Below the pieces are notes generated by a model. The model saw only the letters and a list, made by a program, of their open reading frames with translations. It was not told the DNA's origin and did no database searches. Both the position numbers and the translations under genes were made by a program. Below, piece after piece: positions 19,196 to 29,140 of a stretch of 64,000 nucleotides of DNA. How positions within the stretch are numbered: the stretch's first letter is position 1; each line of letters begins with the position of its first letter. The DNA comes from Alkalispirochaeta sp. (GTDB taxonomy: Bacteria; Spirochaetota; Spirochaetia; DSM-27196; Alkalispirochaetaceae), in the NCBI GenBank assembly GCA_965242725.1, contig CBDESZ010000009.1, forward strand, positions 12,096 to 76,095. Direction: 5' to 3'.

Positions 19196-20668
19196 CTATG
19201 CCAACCGTTCCGGACCGGGAAGTCGCATGCCTACCGCTTCCTCGATATCCTGCACTTCCATTGATTTTCTCCCGTCCATATCCGCAATGGTGCGTGCGAG
19301 ACCGCGAACTGCCATTGCGGCGCGATCGGAGAGACCGAGTTTCTGCATTTCCTCATTGAAATACCCGACAAGTCCGTCGGGAAGATGCAGCAGACGACCT
19401 GCCGTCGCCGGTGTGGCCCGGCCGTTCCTGTACCCCCCGCCGCCGCGGGACTGTTGTCGTTCGATCGCCTTTTCCACCTGCTGCCGCAGCGTGTCGTTGG
19501 TTATTGTTCCGGAGTCGCGCCGGGAATACCCGCTACGTACGCGAATATCGATCCGATCGAGGAGAGCCGCGCCGAGGCGTTTCCAGTAGCGCGCCACCTC
19601 GTGAACACTGCACATGCACAATTCGCCGTCCTGACCGAGTTTTCCACAGGGACACAGATTGCTGGTCAGCGCGACGAGAAACCGTGAAGGATACTCTTCC
19701 GCCCGTCCGGCGCGACTCAGCGTGATTTTTCCCGCCTCAACCGGTTCCCGCAATGCCTGAATGACGTGAGGTCGAAATTCAGTCGCTTCGTCGAGGACGA
19801 GAACGCCCCGATGGGCAAGACTGACCTCGCCGGGAAGGTTCATTCTTCCACCTCCGAGGATTCCCTCAAGACTGGCGCTGTGGTGCGGCATACGAAGGGG
19901 CGGCCGGGCCCCCGGCGAAATACCTTCAATTCCACGCATCGAGTAAATACGTGCCACTTCCCGGGCGTCATGGGGCGAGAGGTCCGGCAGAAGGGACACA
20001 AGGCGCCGGGCAGCCATCGTCTTTCCGCTGCCCGGAGGACCCATATACAGAATATTGTGGGATCCCGCCGCCGCGATCGCAGAGGCCCATTTCATCGTCC
20101 CCTGCCCCTGCATGTCGTCGAAATTCACGCCGCGAATGCTACGGCGACTGTTCCGAGACGGAATGAACGAGGTCAAATCATTGTGCGCAAGTTGTCGCAG
20201 TTCCGTCAGCATTACGACGTCCTTCGGCCCGACCGAAATTCCGGTCAGGTGCTTCTGAACACGTGCGGAAACGACCGCCGGGCGTACGGCAAACTCCTGG
20301 GCGGTCAACACCGCCGACAACGTCCCCCGCACGGGGATGACCGCCCCACCGACGGAAAGCTCACCCGTTGCAAGAAGGGGTTCATTCATCCTGATTTGGC
20401 TGCTTCGAATGAGAATTGCGATTGCGATGGGAAGGTCGAAACCGGAACCTACCTTTGGAATTTCCGCCGGTGAGAGATTGATCAGTATTCTGTCCGCTGG
20501 ATAGGAGAAGCCGGAGTTCTTTATCGCGACACGCACGCGTTCACGCGCTTCTTTCACTTCACTGCTGGGCAGCCCGACGATATCCGTTCCGGGAAGGCCG
20601 CGCCGTATGTCGACTTCAACACGGACAAGCCGTCCCACCACGCCGATCGGGGAGAATCCGTAAACCAT
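19196..20668 (-). CDS. YifB/ComM Mg-chelatase-like AAA+ ATPase
   Basis: IVGLP...VKEARERVR, NLSPA, FDLPIA, GPPGSGKTM, PGEVSLAHRGVLVLDE, CPCG, LDRID. Confidence 0.92.
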   Translation of the reverse strand: MVYGFSPIGVVGRLVRVEVDIRRGLPGTDIVGLPSSEVKEARERVRVAIKNSGFSYPADRILINLSPAEIPKVGSGFDLPIAIAILIRSSQIRMNEPLLATGELSVGGAVIPVRGTLSAVLTAQEFAVRPAVVSARVQKHLTGISVGPKDVVMLTELRQLAHNDLTSFIPSRNSRRSIRGVNFDDMQGQGTMKWASAIAAAGSHNILYMGPPGSGKTMAARRLVSLLPDLSPHDAREVARIYSMRGIEGISPGARPPLRMPHHSASLEGILGGGRMNLPGEVSLAHRGVLVLDEATEFRPHVIQALREPVEAGKITLSRAGRAEEYPSRFLVALTSNLCPCGKLGQDGELCMCSVHEVARYWKRLGAALLDRIDIRVRSGYSRRDSGTITNDTLRQQVEKAIERQQSRGGGGYRNGRATPATAGRLLHLPDGLVGYFNEEMQKLGLSDRAAMAVRGLARTIADMDGRKSMEVQDIEEAVGMRLPGPERLA

Positions 20669-20732
20669 AGCGCCTCCACCCTCCCCAATGCCGTTTTATC
20701 GGCGCCGCTTGTGCAACAGGAGGCAGCCGCCG

Positions 20733-21179
20733 TTACGTCCTCCCCCGGGCAATCGTTTCCTGGACGAGCCGGTCACACGCTTCATTGTGCATATCGCCAT
20801 TGTGACCTTTCACCCACTGCCACGTCGGACCGACCGCAGCGTTCATTTCGTCCAGGGTCCTCCAGAGTTCGATGTTTTTTACCGGTTTTTTCGCCGTCGT
20901 CATCCACCCGTTGGTTCGCCACTTCGTGATCCAGCTCGTGATGCCCTGCCGTACATATTGGCTGTCCGTTATGACGGTGATGGACTCGCCCCGATTCCGG
21001 ACATATGTCAATCCTTCAATGACCGCCGTCAGTTCCATGCGGTTGTTCGTCGTGTGGGCTGAAAAACCGGAACTCTCGGCAATCACCTCCCGGTCGTCGC
21101 CGACCAACCGCCACGCCCAAGCGCCGGGCCCCGGATTTCCGTGACATCCACCATCGGTATACAGAAAGAACTTACTCAT
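20733..21179 (-). CDS. rnhA: Ribonuclease HI
   Basis: YTDGGCHGNPGPG, TTNNRMEL, TDSQY, WVKGH, NEACDRL. Confidence 0.97.
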   Translation of the reverse strand: MSKFFLYTDGGCHGNPGPGAWAWRLVGDDREVIAESSGFSAHTTNNRMELTAVIEGLTYVRNRGESITVITDSQYVRQGITSWITKWRTNGWMTTAKKPVKNIELWRTLDEMNAAVGPTWQWVKGHNGDMHNEACDRLVQETIARGRT

Positions 21180-21202
21180 TTGCGATAAAACTCCATGAAA
21201 AT

Positions 21203-24200
21203 TTATGTTGACGAAATGATTTCGTTCTTGCTCGTGAGTTCAAGAAGATCTTCAAAACTCCGGGCAAAGCCGACCATGAGGTACGCACCTGAAGCCGCAC
21301 TCAACGGCAAAAAAAGCCAGCTGGAAAGTGCGTTCAATCCTTTGGCGTGGCAGGAATTCTCGAAACCGCGAAACGCGGACAGGCGTTTCTTCAATAGTGC
21401 GACCCGACGAAAGGTGATGACGTTCTGGACAAGGTCACTATGCAGGGGAATCTCAAACGGCTCGGCGCATTGCGGAGGAAAACCGAGGGAAAAGGAGCCG
21501 ACAACGACGCCGTTCTTTCGCCGCTCCAGGATCACCGCCGATCGTGCATCCCACCGTCGCGTCAGACCGACAAGTTCCCGATAGACCTGTCGAACGCCGG
21601 CGTCTTCAGACGCATCGATATAGGGAAGCTCAAACCCGCCGGATGCAACGCGAAGGGGCAGTTCCGTCGACCCGGAAAATGAACGATGCTGCGGGGCGGT
21701 ATCTGTTTCGAGAAACTCATCAAAAGCGGAATCATCAAAAGCGCCACCCATAATATCGTCGATGCTGCCGAATGTGCGATGGTGAATAATCTGCTCCGCC
21801 AGATTCTGAATCGGAACATTGGAACCTGGTGAATCATTGAAATACGCCGAGGCCTCAATCTGTACCAATCCGTTTCTCTCGTCGATAACCGTCCTTTTTT
21901 TCCCCGCAAACGTCACAAAATCATCCAGTTCAACGACCTGGTAGGAGATATTGTTTTCTAGTCCTCGAATGATGATGCTGTCGTTTTTCCTTGTCTCCCG
22001 ACGATCCGTCGCGTCGTCATCGGGAGAGGAAAGGTCTGCACCATTTCCCGGACCGCCCGTTTCCGCCGCCATTCCGCCTCCGAAAGACATGGATGAACTG
22101 AGAAAGAGTGCCGTCGAGGGCGGCAGTTCAATGGCCGCGACATCGGGGGAGTCCCGGTCGTCGTCTTCCGCCGGCTCAAGCTCATCAACCACGTCCGATC
22201 CTTCAATGCCCTCGGAACCGTCTTCCGCCTCCGGAACCTCTCCATCTCGGTCGGATTCGTCCGTTGCGATAAAATACTCAGGATCACCGAGCTCTTCGAG
22301 CTCGTCCACTTCGACAACTTCACCAGGCTTGACGGATTCGACGTCAGCTATCTCCTCGAGATCGTCAACATGTTCAAACTCGACGGGTTCAAGATATGCT
22401 GCGTCCTCGAGCTCGTCGACTTCTTCGATCTCGTCCGGTTCGTCAACCTCCCCGACCTCTTCAACTTCCTCGACGTCGACGGGTTCGAGATCAGCTATCT
22501 CCTCCAGCTCGTCCACTTCGCCAGGCTCGACGGGTTCAAGATCTGCTGCGTCCTCGAGCTCGTCGACTTCTTCGATCTCGTCCGGTTCGTCGACCTCCCC
22601 GACCTCTTCAATCTCCTCGACTTCTTCAACTTCCTCAACGTCGACGGGTTCGAGATCGGCCACATCCTCCAGCTCGTCAACCTCCTCCACCTCGTTGACT
22701 TCCTCAACATCGACGGGTTCGAGATCAGCCGCCTCTTCAACCTCCTCGACCTCGTCGACTTCTTCAACGTCGACGGGTTCGAGGTCGGCCACATCCTCCA
22801 GCTCGTCAACCTCCTCCACCTCGTTGACTTCCTCAACATCGACGGGTTCGAAATCAGCCGCTTCTTCAACCTCCTCGACGTCAACAGGCTCAAGATCGGT
22901 AACGTCCTCCAGCTCGTTGACTTCCTCAACGTCGACGGGTTCGAGATCAGCCGCTTCTTCAACCTCCTCGACGTCGACGGGTTCAAGGTCGGCCACATCC
23001 TCCAGCTCGTCAACCTCCTCCACCTCGTTGACTTCCTCAACATCGACGGGTTCGAAATCAGCCGCTTCTTCAACCTCCTCGACGTCAACAGGCTCAAGAT
23101 CGGTAACGTCCTCCAGCTCGTTGACTTCCTCAACGTCGACGGGTTCGAGATCAGCCGCTTCTTCAACCTCCTCGACGTCGACGAGTTCAAGGTCGGCCAC
23201 ATCCTCCAGCTCGTCAACCTCCTCCACCTCGTTGACTTCCTCAACATCGACGGGTTCGAGGTCGGCCACATCCTCCAGCTCCTCAACCTCTTCGCTCTCG
23301 TCGACTTCCTCAACGTCGACGGGTTCAAGATCAGCCGCTTCTTCAACCTCCTCGACGTCAACAGGCTCAAGATCGGTAACGTTCTCCAGCTCGTTGACTT
23401 CCTCAACGTCGACGGGTTCGAGGTCGGCCACATCCTCCAGCTCGTCAACCTCTTCGCTCTCGTCGACTTCCTCAACGTCGACCGGTTCGAGGTCGGCGAC
23501 GTCCTCCAACTCGTCAACCTCCTCGACCTCGTCGACTTCTTCAACGTCGACGGGTTCGAGGTCGGCAACCTCCTCCGCCTCGTCCAGGTCTTCCACATCG
23601 GATGTGTCGGGCGTAGCTGCGGCGGCGTTCGGGGCCGGCAGATTCTGCGCTGTCCGGGGGGCCGGCGGTACACTGCTTCCGGCAGATGAGCCGCTTATTC
23701 CGTGGCCACCGTATCGAGCCAGGGTGCGCTCGATGATCGCCTCTATCTGCTGAAGACTTACCGGCTCAAGCTCGGTGCGGGATGCCGTTCGCTCTCCCAT
23801 GAGACGGTACAACTCGTCCCAATTGCGTTGCATGTGCTCTTCCAGCCTCTCCCGCTTGTCCGTCTTCAGCCGGCCAAGGCCGCGCTGCATTTTTTCTTCT
23901 ATTTTTGTTTTTCTGCTATCCAGCTCCCGTTGCCATACCTCGGGAGATATCGCACGGCCTTCCCGTATGTAATCCTTGACGATCGTTTGCTGGAACCGGC
24001 GAAATCGTTCAGCGATGACCACCTCAGGATCCTGTCGAATGTTGAGCACCAGGTAGGCTACAAGGAATGCGATGAAGAAAACGACGACAAACAGAATTCG
24101 ACGAAGGGGTTCAGCCATGCTGAGATCTGATTCGTGAATGAGAAAAACTGCCGACGGGAGACCGTCCGCCGCGGGAAGGTGTTCTATCGCATATCGAACA

Positions 24201-24955
24201 CCGGTGTCGCTCTCCAGGAGCCCGCTTTGGTGCCCGGTGATATGTTCGTCCAATAATGCGAGTTGGGCGTCCTCGAAATCACGCGGAGCGTTATATACAA
24301 GTGTTCCGCCCTCGGTAAGGCGCAGGCGGGCGGAGGGACCAAGTATTCCCGCCGAGACCAGCTGGGTGAAGAGGCCGTTCAGGTTGGCCCATGTGACGAC
24401 GAGCCCCTGGGGAATACCGAAGGAGTCGATTATCGGTGCGATCACCTGGATGCCGCCGCGTTCGGGAATCCATCGAACACCGCGGTCTTCCGCGGGTGGC
24501 GGCAATGAGAGCGGTGGAGAGAGCTCGGATACGGGTTTGTATTCGACACGAAAATCCGAGCTGCGGAGCAAGTCTTCTTCGAGTGTGCTGAACCAGAGGT
24601 TCCCCCGGTTTGAGTCGACAATGCGCAGGTAGCTGAGTTCCGGATAGTTCTGAAACAGGACACCGACAGCTCGTTGCTGAGCCTCCGTATCCTGACGGCT
24701 CTGATTCGTAAAAAATACGTTTTTTACCGCCGGAACTTCCGCGAATGCGGCGACCGAACGCTCAAGTTTTTTCTGGTACTCCCCGGTTTCCCGGCGCGCC
24801 TCTTCAAGTATCAACCCCGTCATCTCTCGCACGCGTTCGTTATAAAAACGCTGGTCGATGACCTGGAAGAGTCCGGAGTACCCGGCTACGGCAAAGGCGG
24901 TAAATATAATCGTCGCGATCAGCAGGCTGACCAATACTTTTTGTACTAACTTCAT
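21203..24955 (-). CDS. Large membrane protein: TM, extracytoplasmic domain, TM, helical region, acidic repeat tract, C-terminal globular (GAF-like?) domain
   Basis: 1250-aa ORF in the direction of its neighbours. Two hydrophobic segments (aa ~7-25 and ~287-305) and a ~430-aa D/E/V-rich repeat. Confidence 0.85.
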   Translation of the reverse strand: MKLVQKVLVSLLIATIIFTAFAVAGYSGLFQVIDQRFYNERVREMTGLILEEARRETGEYQKKLERSVAAFAEVPAVKNVFFTNQSRQDTEAQQRAVGVLFQNYPELSYLRIVDSNRGNLWFSTLEEDLLRSSDFRVEYKPVSELSPPLSLPPPAEDRGVRWIPERGGIQVIAPIIDSFGIPQGLVVTWANLNGLFTQLVSAGILGPSARLRLTEGGTLVYNAPRDFEDAQLALLDEHITGHQSGLLESDTGVRYAIEHLPAADGLPSAVFLIHESDLSMAEPLRRILFVVVFFIAFLVAYLVLNIRQDPEVVIAERFRRFQQTIVKDYIREGRAISPEVWQRELDSRKTKIEEKMQRGLGRLKTDKRERLEEHMQRNWDELYRLMGERTASRTELEPVSLQQIEAIIERTLARYGGHGISGSSAGSSVPPAPRTAQNLPAPNAAAATPDTSDVEDLDEAEEVADLEPVDVEEVDEVEEVDELEDVADLEPVDVEEVDESEEVDELEDVADLEPVDVEEVNELENVTDLEPVDVEEVEEAADLEPVDVEEVDESEEVEELEDVADLEPVDVEEVNEVEEVDELEDVADLELVDVEEVEEAADLEPVDVEEVNELEDVTDLEPVDVEEVEEAADFEPVDVEEVNEVEEVDELEDVADLEPVDVEEVEEAADLEPVDVEEVNELEDVTDLEPVDVEEVEEAADFEPVDVEEVNEVEEVDELEDVADLEPVDVEEVDEVEEVEEAADLEPVDVEEVNEVEEVDELEDVADLEPVDVEEVEEVEEIEEVGEVDEPDEIEEVDELEDAADLEPVEPGEVDELEEIADLEPVDVEEVEEVGEVDEPDEIEEVDELEDAAYLEPVEFEHVDDLEEIADVESVKPGEVVEVDELEELGDPEYFIATDESDRDGEVPEAEDGSEGIEGSDVVDELEPAEDDDRDSPDVAAIELPPSTALFLSSSMSFGGGMAAETGGPGNGADLSSPDDDATDRRETRKNDSIIIRGLENNISYQVVELDDFVTFAGKKRTVIDERNGLVQIEASAYFNDSPGSNVPIQNLAEQIIHHRTFGSIDDIMGGAFDDSAFDEFLETDTAPQHRSFSGSTELPLRVASGGFELPYIDASEDAGVRQVYRELVGLTRRWDARSAVILERRKNGVVVGSFSLGFPPQCAEPFEIPLHSDLVQNVITFRRVALLKKRLSAFRGFENSCHAKGLNALSSWLFLPLSAASGAYLMVGFARSFEDLLELTSKNEIISST
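22290..23600 (-). repeat. Intragenic hierarchical tandem repeat encoding (V/A)ADLEPVDVEEV-(xEE/xDE)n
   Basis: About 21 units counted in the translation. A 204-bp higher-order duplication is marked by AAATCAGCCG at 22851 and 23055. Confidence 0.95.
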
Positions 24956-25006
24956 GACGACAACGTGTATCCGGACAGGATCTTCCCTTTCATAACATCC
25001 GCGGAT

Positions 25007-25435
25007 CTACGATCCTTCACCCCACACGGTGACGGCGATGCGGCGGGTACCGCCTCGGTTTCGGAATTCGCAGAAATAGATACCCTGCCACGTCCCGAGA
25101 ACAAAACGACCATCCCGCAGGGGGAGCAGAACACTGGACCCGACAAGGGAGCTTTTCACGTGAGCGGGCATGTCGTCGGGACCTTCCAATGTATGAACGT
25201 AGCGCGGATCTCCCTCGGGAACCATCGAATTCATGATTGTAGAAAAATCTGCCCGTACATCGGGATCGGCATTCTCGTTCAGGGTGATTCCTGCACTCGT
25301 ATGGAGGACCATAATGTGTGCCATCCCCGTCCTGTAGTCACTCAGCTCCGGAACGGACCGGGCGATTTCATCGGTTATGAGGTGGAATCCCCGGGGACGA
25401 GGCGACAGTTGTATGATCTCTTGTGTCCACTTCAT
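25007..25435 (-). CDS. yjbQ: YjbQ/UPF0047 family protein
   Basis: RGFHLIT, HTSAGITLNENADPDV, EGPDDMPAHVKS, LGTWQGIYFCE. Confidence 0.93.
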   Translation of the reverse strand: MKWTQEIIQLSPRPRGFHLITDEIARSVPELSDYRTGMAHIMVLHTSAGITLNENADPDVRADFSTIMNSMVPEGDPRYVHTLEGPDDMPAHVKSSLVGSSVLLPLRDGRFVLGTWQGIYFCEFRNRGGTRRIAVTVWGEGS

Positions 25436-25962
25436 TGATTGCGACCGTCCCGGAGGGTTTCGACAATGGTGTCGACAATTTCCTCCGGCGTATACCTTGT
25501 TGTATCGACGATGAGATCGGCAAATTGATAGGACTCGACGTCGATATTGTAGAGTCGCAGATAGCGGGCGCGATCGCGGCGATCCCGTTCTTCCGTCGCT
25601 GCATGTACGGTCTCCAGATCACCCCCTTCCCGCTGCTGGATACGTGCGGCACGTATCTCCGGAGGTGCAGTGAGATAGACCTTGAGATCGGCCTCTTCGA
25701 GCAGCCAGATCGCCAGCCTGGACCCGAGAACGCAACTCTCCAAGCGCGCCCGTCGGACCTGTTCGGCATCCAGATATCGGTCCCAGCGATCGTCCGTTTC
25801 CGCGCGACGACACATTTCATCAAATGTTATGCCCTGCTCGTCGGCCATTGTGTGGAAGGTATAGTTGATCAGGGCTATATCGAGACGTCGCGCCACCAAT
25901 CTGCTGACCGTCGTATTTCCACATCCGCTCTTTCCGGAAATTGCGATCCGGACTTCTTTCAT
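25432..25962 (-). CDS. Cytidylate kinase-like protein (short, archaeal-type)
   Basis: IAISGKSGCGNTTVS P-loop variant, GSRLA, ADLKVYLTAP, DRARYLRLYNID. Confidence 0.82.
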   Translation of the reverse strand: MKEVRIAISGKSGCGNTTVSRLVARRLDIALINYTFHTMADEQGITFDEMCRRAETDDRWDRYLDAEQVRRARLESCVLGSRLAIWLLEEADLKVYLTAPPEIRAARIQQREGGDLETVHAATEERDRRDRARYLRLYNIDVESYQFADLIVDTTRYTPEEIVDTIVETLRDGRNQ

Positions 25963-25975
25963 AATCCCGCTTCTC

Positions 25976-26845
25976 CTACTCTATGTTTCTTACCTGCTCG
26001 CGAATCGATTCTACGGCGTCTTTCGCCTCAACGACCGCCGATTGTACTTCCGCAAATATCGTCTTGCTACCCGTGGTATTCACTTCCCTGTTGATTTCCT
26101 GGCAGATGAAGTCGAGCCGCTTCCCGACGCTTCCGCCGTTTCCAAGCAGCCCTTTCATGCCGTCCACGTGGCTCCGAAGACGTGCCATCTCTTCATTTGT
26201 ACCATGTTTCAGCGCCAGTGATGCCGCTTCCGCCAGAACACGCTGTTCTTCCACGTCGTTTCCCAGAACATCACGGAACTTCTCCCTCACTGCATTGACG
26301 ACGACCGCCTCCGTTTCCGCCGCTTTTTCCTGAAAGACCTTCACCGCCCGTTCTATGCGACTGAGGTGGCGCTGTATATCCTCGGCGGTCGCCGCCCCTT
26401 CGGCCAGTCGCGTATCATCCCACTGACGAAGTGCTTCTACGAGGAGAGGAAAGAGAACATCCCGATAGGCATCGAGGTCCCGTTTTCGTTCAACCTGTAC
26501 CACACCCTCAAAGGCGAGAATATCCTCAATTCGCGGCGGACCCTGAATCCCCCCCGATTCAGCGATCCTGTCCAGGGCGTGACGCGCCGCCGCGACCGCA
26601 CCCTGATCCACATGGATGACGGGTGTGTTTGTAAACTCCCGTATTCGAATTGAAATTTCAACCTTACCCCGTGAAGCGCGGTCCTGGACGATGCCGCGAA
26701 TTTCGGGCTCCAGGGGCGAGAGGAAACTCGGCAGGGACGGATAAATTTCGAGGTACCTGTTGTTGAAACTGCGTATTTCTATGGCGATTCCCCGATCGTC
26801 GTCGTTTTTCTCGAGGAAAGCGTATCCCGTCATGCTCCTGATCAT
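25976..26845 (-). CDS. yicC: YicC/YloC-family endoribonuclease
   Basis: MIRSMTGY, EIRSFNNRYL, SRGKV, EEMARLRSH, GKRLDFICQEINREVNTTGSK, IREQVRNIE. Confidence 0.94.
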   Translation of the reverse strand: MIRSMTGYAFLEKNDDDRGIAIEIRSFNNRYLEIYPSLPSFLSPLEPEIRGIVQDRASRGKVEISIRIREFTNTPVIHVDQGAVAAARHALDRIAESGGIQGPPRIEDILAFEGVVQVERKRDLDAYRDVLFPLLVEALRQWDDTRLAEGAATAEDIQRHLSRIERAVKVFQEKAAETEAVVVNAVREKFRDVLGNDVEEQRVLAEAASLALKHGTNEEMARLRSHVDGMKGLLGNGGSVGKRLDFICQEINREVNTTGSKTIFAEVQSAVVEAKDAVESIREQVRNIE

Positions 26846-28305
26846 TCGTCGGCTCCCCGTCCGGACAGTATCTCGGCAACCATTGTACCGATGCGAAAAT
26901 TATCGCCCGCTCCCATCGTGACAAATATGTCCCCCCGACGAAGTTCCTTTCCGATCTCCTCGGCCGCCTCGGTAAACGACGGGATATACCGCACATCGCC
27001 GTGGTGATCTGCCACCGCACGGGCAAGGCTTTCGCCGGTGATACCGCCGTGGTTGTGTTCCCGGGCAGACGCATAAATGTCGTTCAGGAAAACCACATCG
27101 GCGCTTCCAAAAGCCCGGGCAAACCGGTCGAGAAGCGCCGCCGTTCTCGAGTAGGTGTGGGACATGAAATCGACGATGATCCGTCGGTCGGGCCAGAATT
27201 CCCTGAATCCCCGAAGGGTAGTGTCAATTGCGGTCGGGTGATGGGCATAGTCGTCAAGGATGAGTACCCCCGCAGTGTCTGCCACAATTTCACTCCTGCG
27301 GCGGGTTCCCGAGAAATCGGCGAGGGCTTCCCGCCATCGCGTCACCGCGGTATCGTCGCGTGTCGGTTCCAATACATGTAACGCCGTGATCGCCGCGGCT
27401 GCATCCAGGACCATATGGCGACCGGGTACCCCGATTTCCCAGCGGATCCCTTCATCGCGGTGAAGGGCACGGTCCAGGCCGGCCATGCGAAAGATCTGCT
27501 TTCCCGGCACGACCCGATAGTCCGATATCTCACCTTCTCCGGCGGCGGTAAAGCCGTAGGGGATGAACCGAATGTCACGCCGCTCTTTTCCCGCCCGTTC
27601 GGCAACGATCGAGGCCCCTTCGTCGTCCGCACAATAGACGACGGCTCCCCCCGTCGGGAGGCGCAGCGTCAGCTCGGTGAAGGCATCCATGACGTCCGCG
27701 GCATCACGAAAATAATCGAGGTGATCCGCTTCCACACTGGTGATGACGACGACATCCGGATGAAAATGGAGAAAGTGGCGGCGGTATTCACACGTCTCGG
27801 CGATAAAAAGCTCTTCGCCGTGAATGAGCGTTGCCGTACCCCCGAATCCGGAGACGGCACTTCCCACGACGACCGTCGCCGGGAGTTCCCACCGGTCCAC
27901 CATCATACCGATCATGGCGGTCGTCGTCGTCTTTCCGTGGACACCACTGATCGCGAGGGATCGGACATCCCTGGAGAGGATTCCCAGGAGCTCATTGTAG
28001 CTGTATTGCGGTATTCCCCGTCGGAGTGCCTCGGCCCGCTCCGGGTTGTCCTCGTCGTATGCCGCTGAATAGACGAGAAGTTCAACGTCCATGCCGACGT
28101 GATCCGCAGAAAACCCGACAAATGGAGAAATCCCGAGTTTCCGGAGAATTGTATCGGTATAAAACGTGTCGGCCACGTCACTTCCGGTTATCGCGGCTCC
28201 CCGATGGTGGAGTACTTCCGCGAGAGCGGCCATACCGGTTCCCTTGATCCCCGTCATATGGACGCGGAGTCCCTGGAAGTGCGTATCCCTGGCTCCTCTC
28301 TGCAT
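26842..28305 (-). CDS. murC: UDP-N-acetylmuramate--L-alanine ligase
   Basis: GIKGTGM, GSD, ISGVHGKTTTT, ETCEY, EADHLDYF, DDYAHHPT, HTYSRT, TMGAG. Start moved to ATG 28305. Confidence 0.96.
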   Translation of the reverse strand: MQRGARDTHFQGLRVHMTGIKGTGMAALAEVLHHRGAAITGSDVADTFYTDTILRKLGISPFVGFSADHVGMDVELLVYSAAYDEDNPERAEALRRGIPQYSYNELLGILSRDVRSLAISGVHGKTTTTAMIGMMVDRWELPATVVVGSAVSGFGGTATLIHGEELFIAETCEYRRHFLHFHPDVVVITSVEADHLDYFRDAADVMDAFTELTLRLPTGGAVVYCADDEGASIVAERAGKERRDIRFIPYGFTAAGEGEISDYRVVPGKQIFRMAGLDRALHRDEGIRWEIGVPGRHMVLDAAAAITALHVLEPTRDDTAVTRWREALADFSGTRRRSEIVADTAGVLILDDYAHHPTAIDTTLRGFREFWPDRRIIVDFMSHTYSRTAALLDRFARAFGSADVVFLNDIYASAREHNHGGITGESLARAVADHHGDVRYIPSFTEAAEEIGKELRRGDIFVTMGAGDNFRIGTMVAEILSGRGADE

Positions 28306-28369
28306 AGGGGCAGTGTAGCTTCTTTCCCGCCGACGGTCCACCGAGACGGACCGTCCAGACAGTTGCGTC

Positions 28370-29140
28370 CTACGGTGCGGATCGGCAGACGGTCGGCCAC
28401 AACGCGGCGGCAAGGGGAATGACGAGGCCATGGACCGCCGTTTCCGTACGATATATCGACGGCCCAAGGGATACGCCGTCATACCTATAGGCATCCAGCA
28501 TGCCCGTCTCCTCCCCGGTCAGTCCACGCTCCGGTCCGACACAGATCGTCACGTGCTGTTTGTGCGTTCCGGCTGTATTTGTGACGTCTGAAAGGAGCGT
28601 ATGGAGGGAGATTGAGGGGAGTCCTCCAAGTGCGCCAAAGATCCTGTACTCACCGGGCCCCTTCTCTCTGCCGTGAACCCTCTGAAGGGCTTCTTCAATG
28701 TTCCGGTACCGCCATACTGCGGGAACGATGGTATGGCCACCCTGACTCGCCCCTTCCAGGAGGCGCTCGTCCATATTCTCCCATATGGAACTGTCCATAT
28801 AGGTTCGTTCACCCAGGCGTCCGGCAAAAACATGAATGGCCCGTATGCGCGCCGTCGACAGATCGCGCCACAACCGCTGCAGGACCGGCGGCCGGGGGTG
28901 TCCGACAAGTACATCGATCGGCAGCGGCGACATGACGGTGTCACCCCATACAGCGGATATCGTGGTGCCCACTTTTCCCGTTTCTACGATTGTGCCCGTT
29001 CCCGTCGGCCCGTTGACGACACCGATACGGACCGTATCGCCCGCTACCGCACGGAGCACCGAGACGATATGGCGATGCCGCCGGTCAACACGATCGAGGT
29101 GATAGCGATCCCGATGATGCTTAAAAAGTATGAGATTCAC
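28370..29140 (-). CDS. rsmE: 16S rRNA m3U1498 methyltransferase RsmE family
   Basis: HIVSVLRA, EGASQGG, VGPERGLT, SLGPSIYRTETA (SPOUT motifs). Confidence 0.88.
   Translation of the reverse strand: MNLILFKHHRDRYHLDRVDRRHRHIVSVLRAVAGDTVRIGVVNGPTGTGTIVETGKVGTTISAVWGDTVMSPLPIDVLVGHPRPPVLQRLWRDLSTARIRAIHVFAGRLGERTYMDSSIWENMDERLLEGASQGGHTIVPAVWRYRNIEEALQRVHGREKGPGEYRIFGALGGLPSISLHTLLSDVTNTAGTHKQHVTICVGPERGLTGEETGMLDAYRYDGVSLGPSIYRTETAVHGLVIPLAAALWPTVCRSAP

Noticed and set aside
22290..23600. Repeat array as a CRISPR array
   Set aside because: It has no constant repeat with unique spacers, stays in frame within a CDS, and no cas genes are present.
21951..23753. Long ORFs over the repeat: 600-aa Ser/Thr-rich (+), 439-aa (+) and 392-aa Arg/Thr-rich (-)
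   Set aside because: These are shadow frames of the acidic repeat. They stay open because the repeat unit lacks stops and they end near the repeat boundaries.
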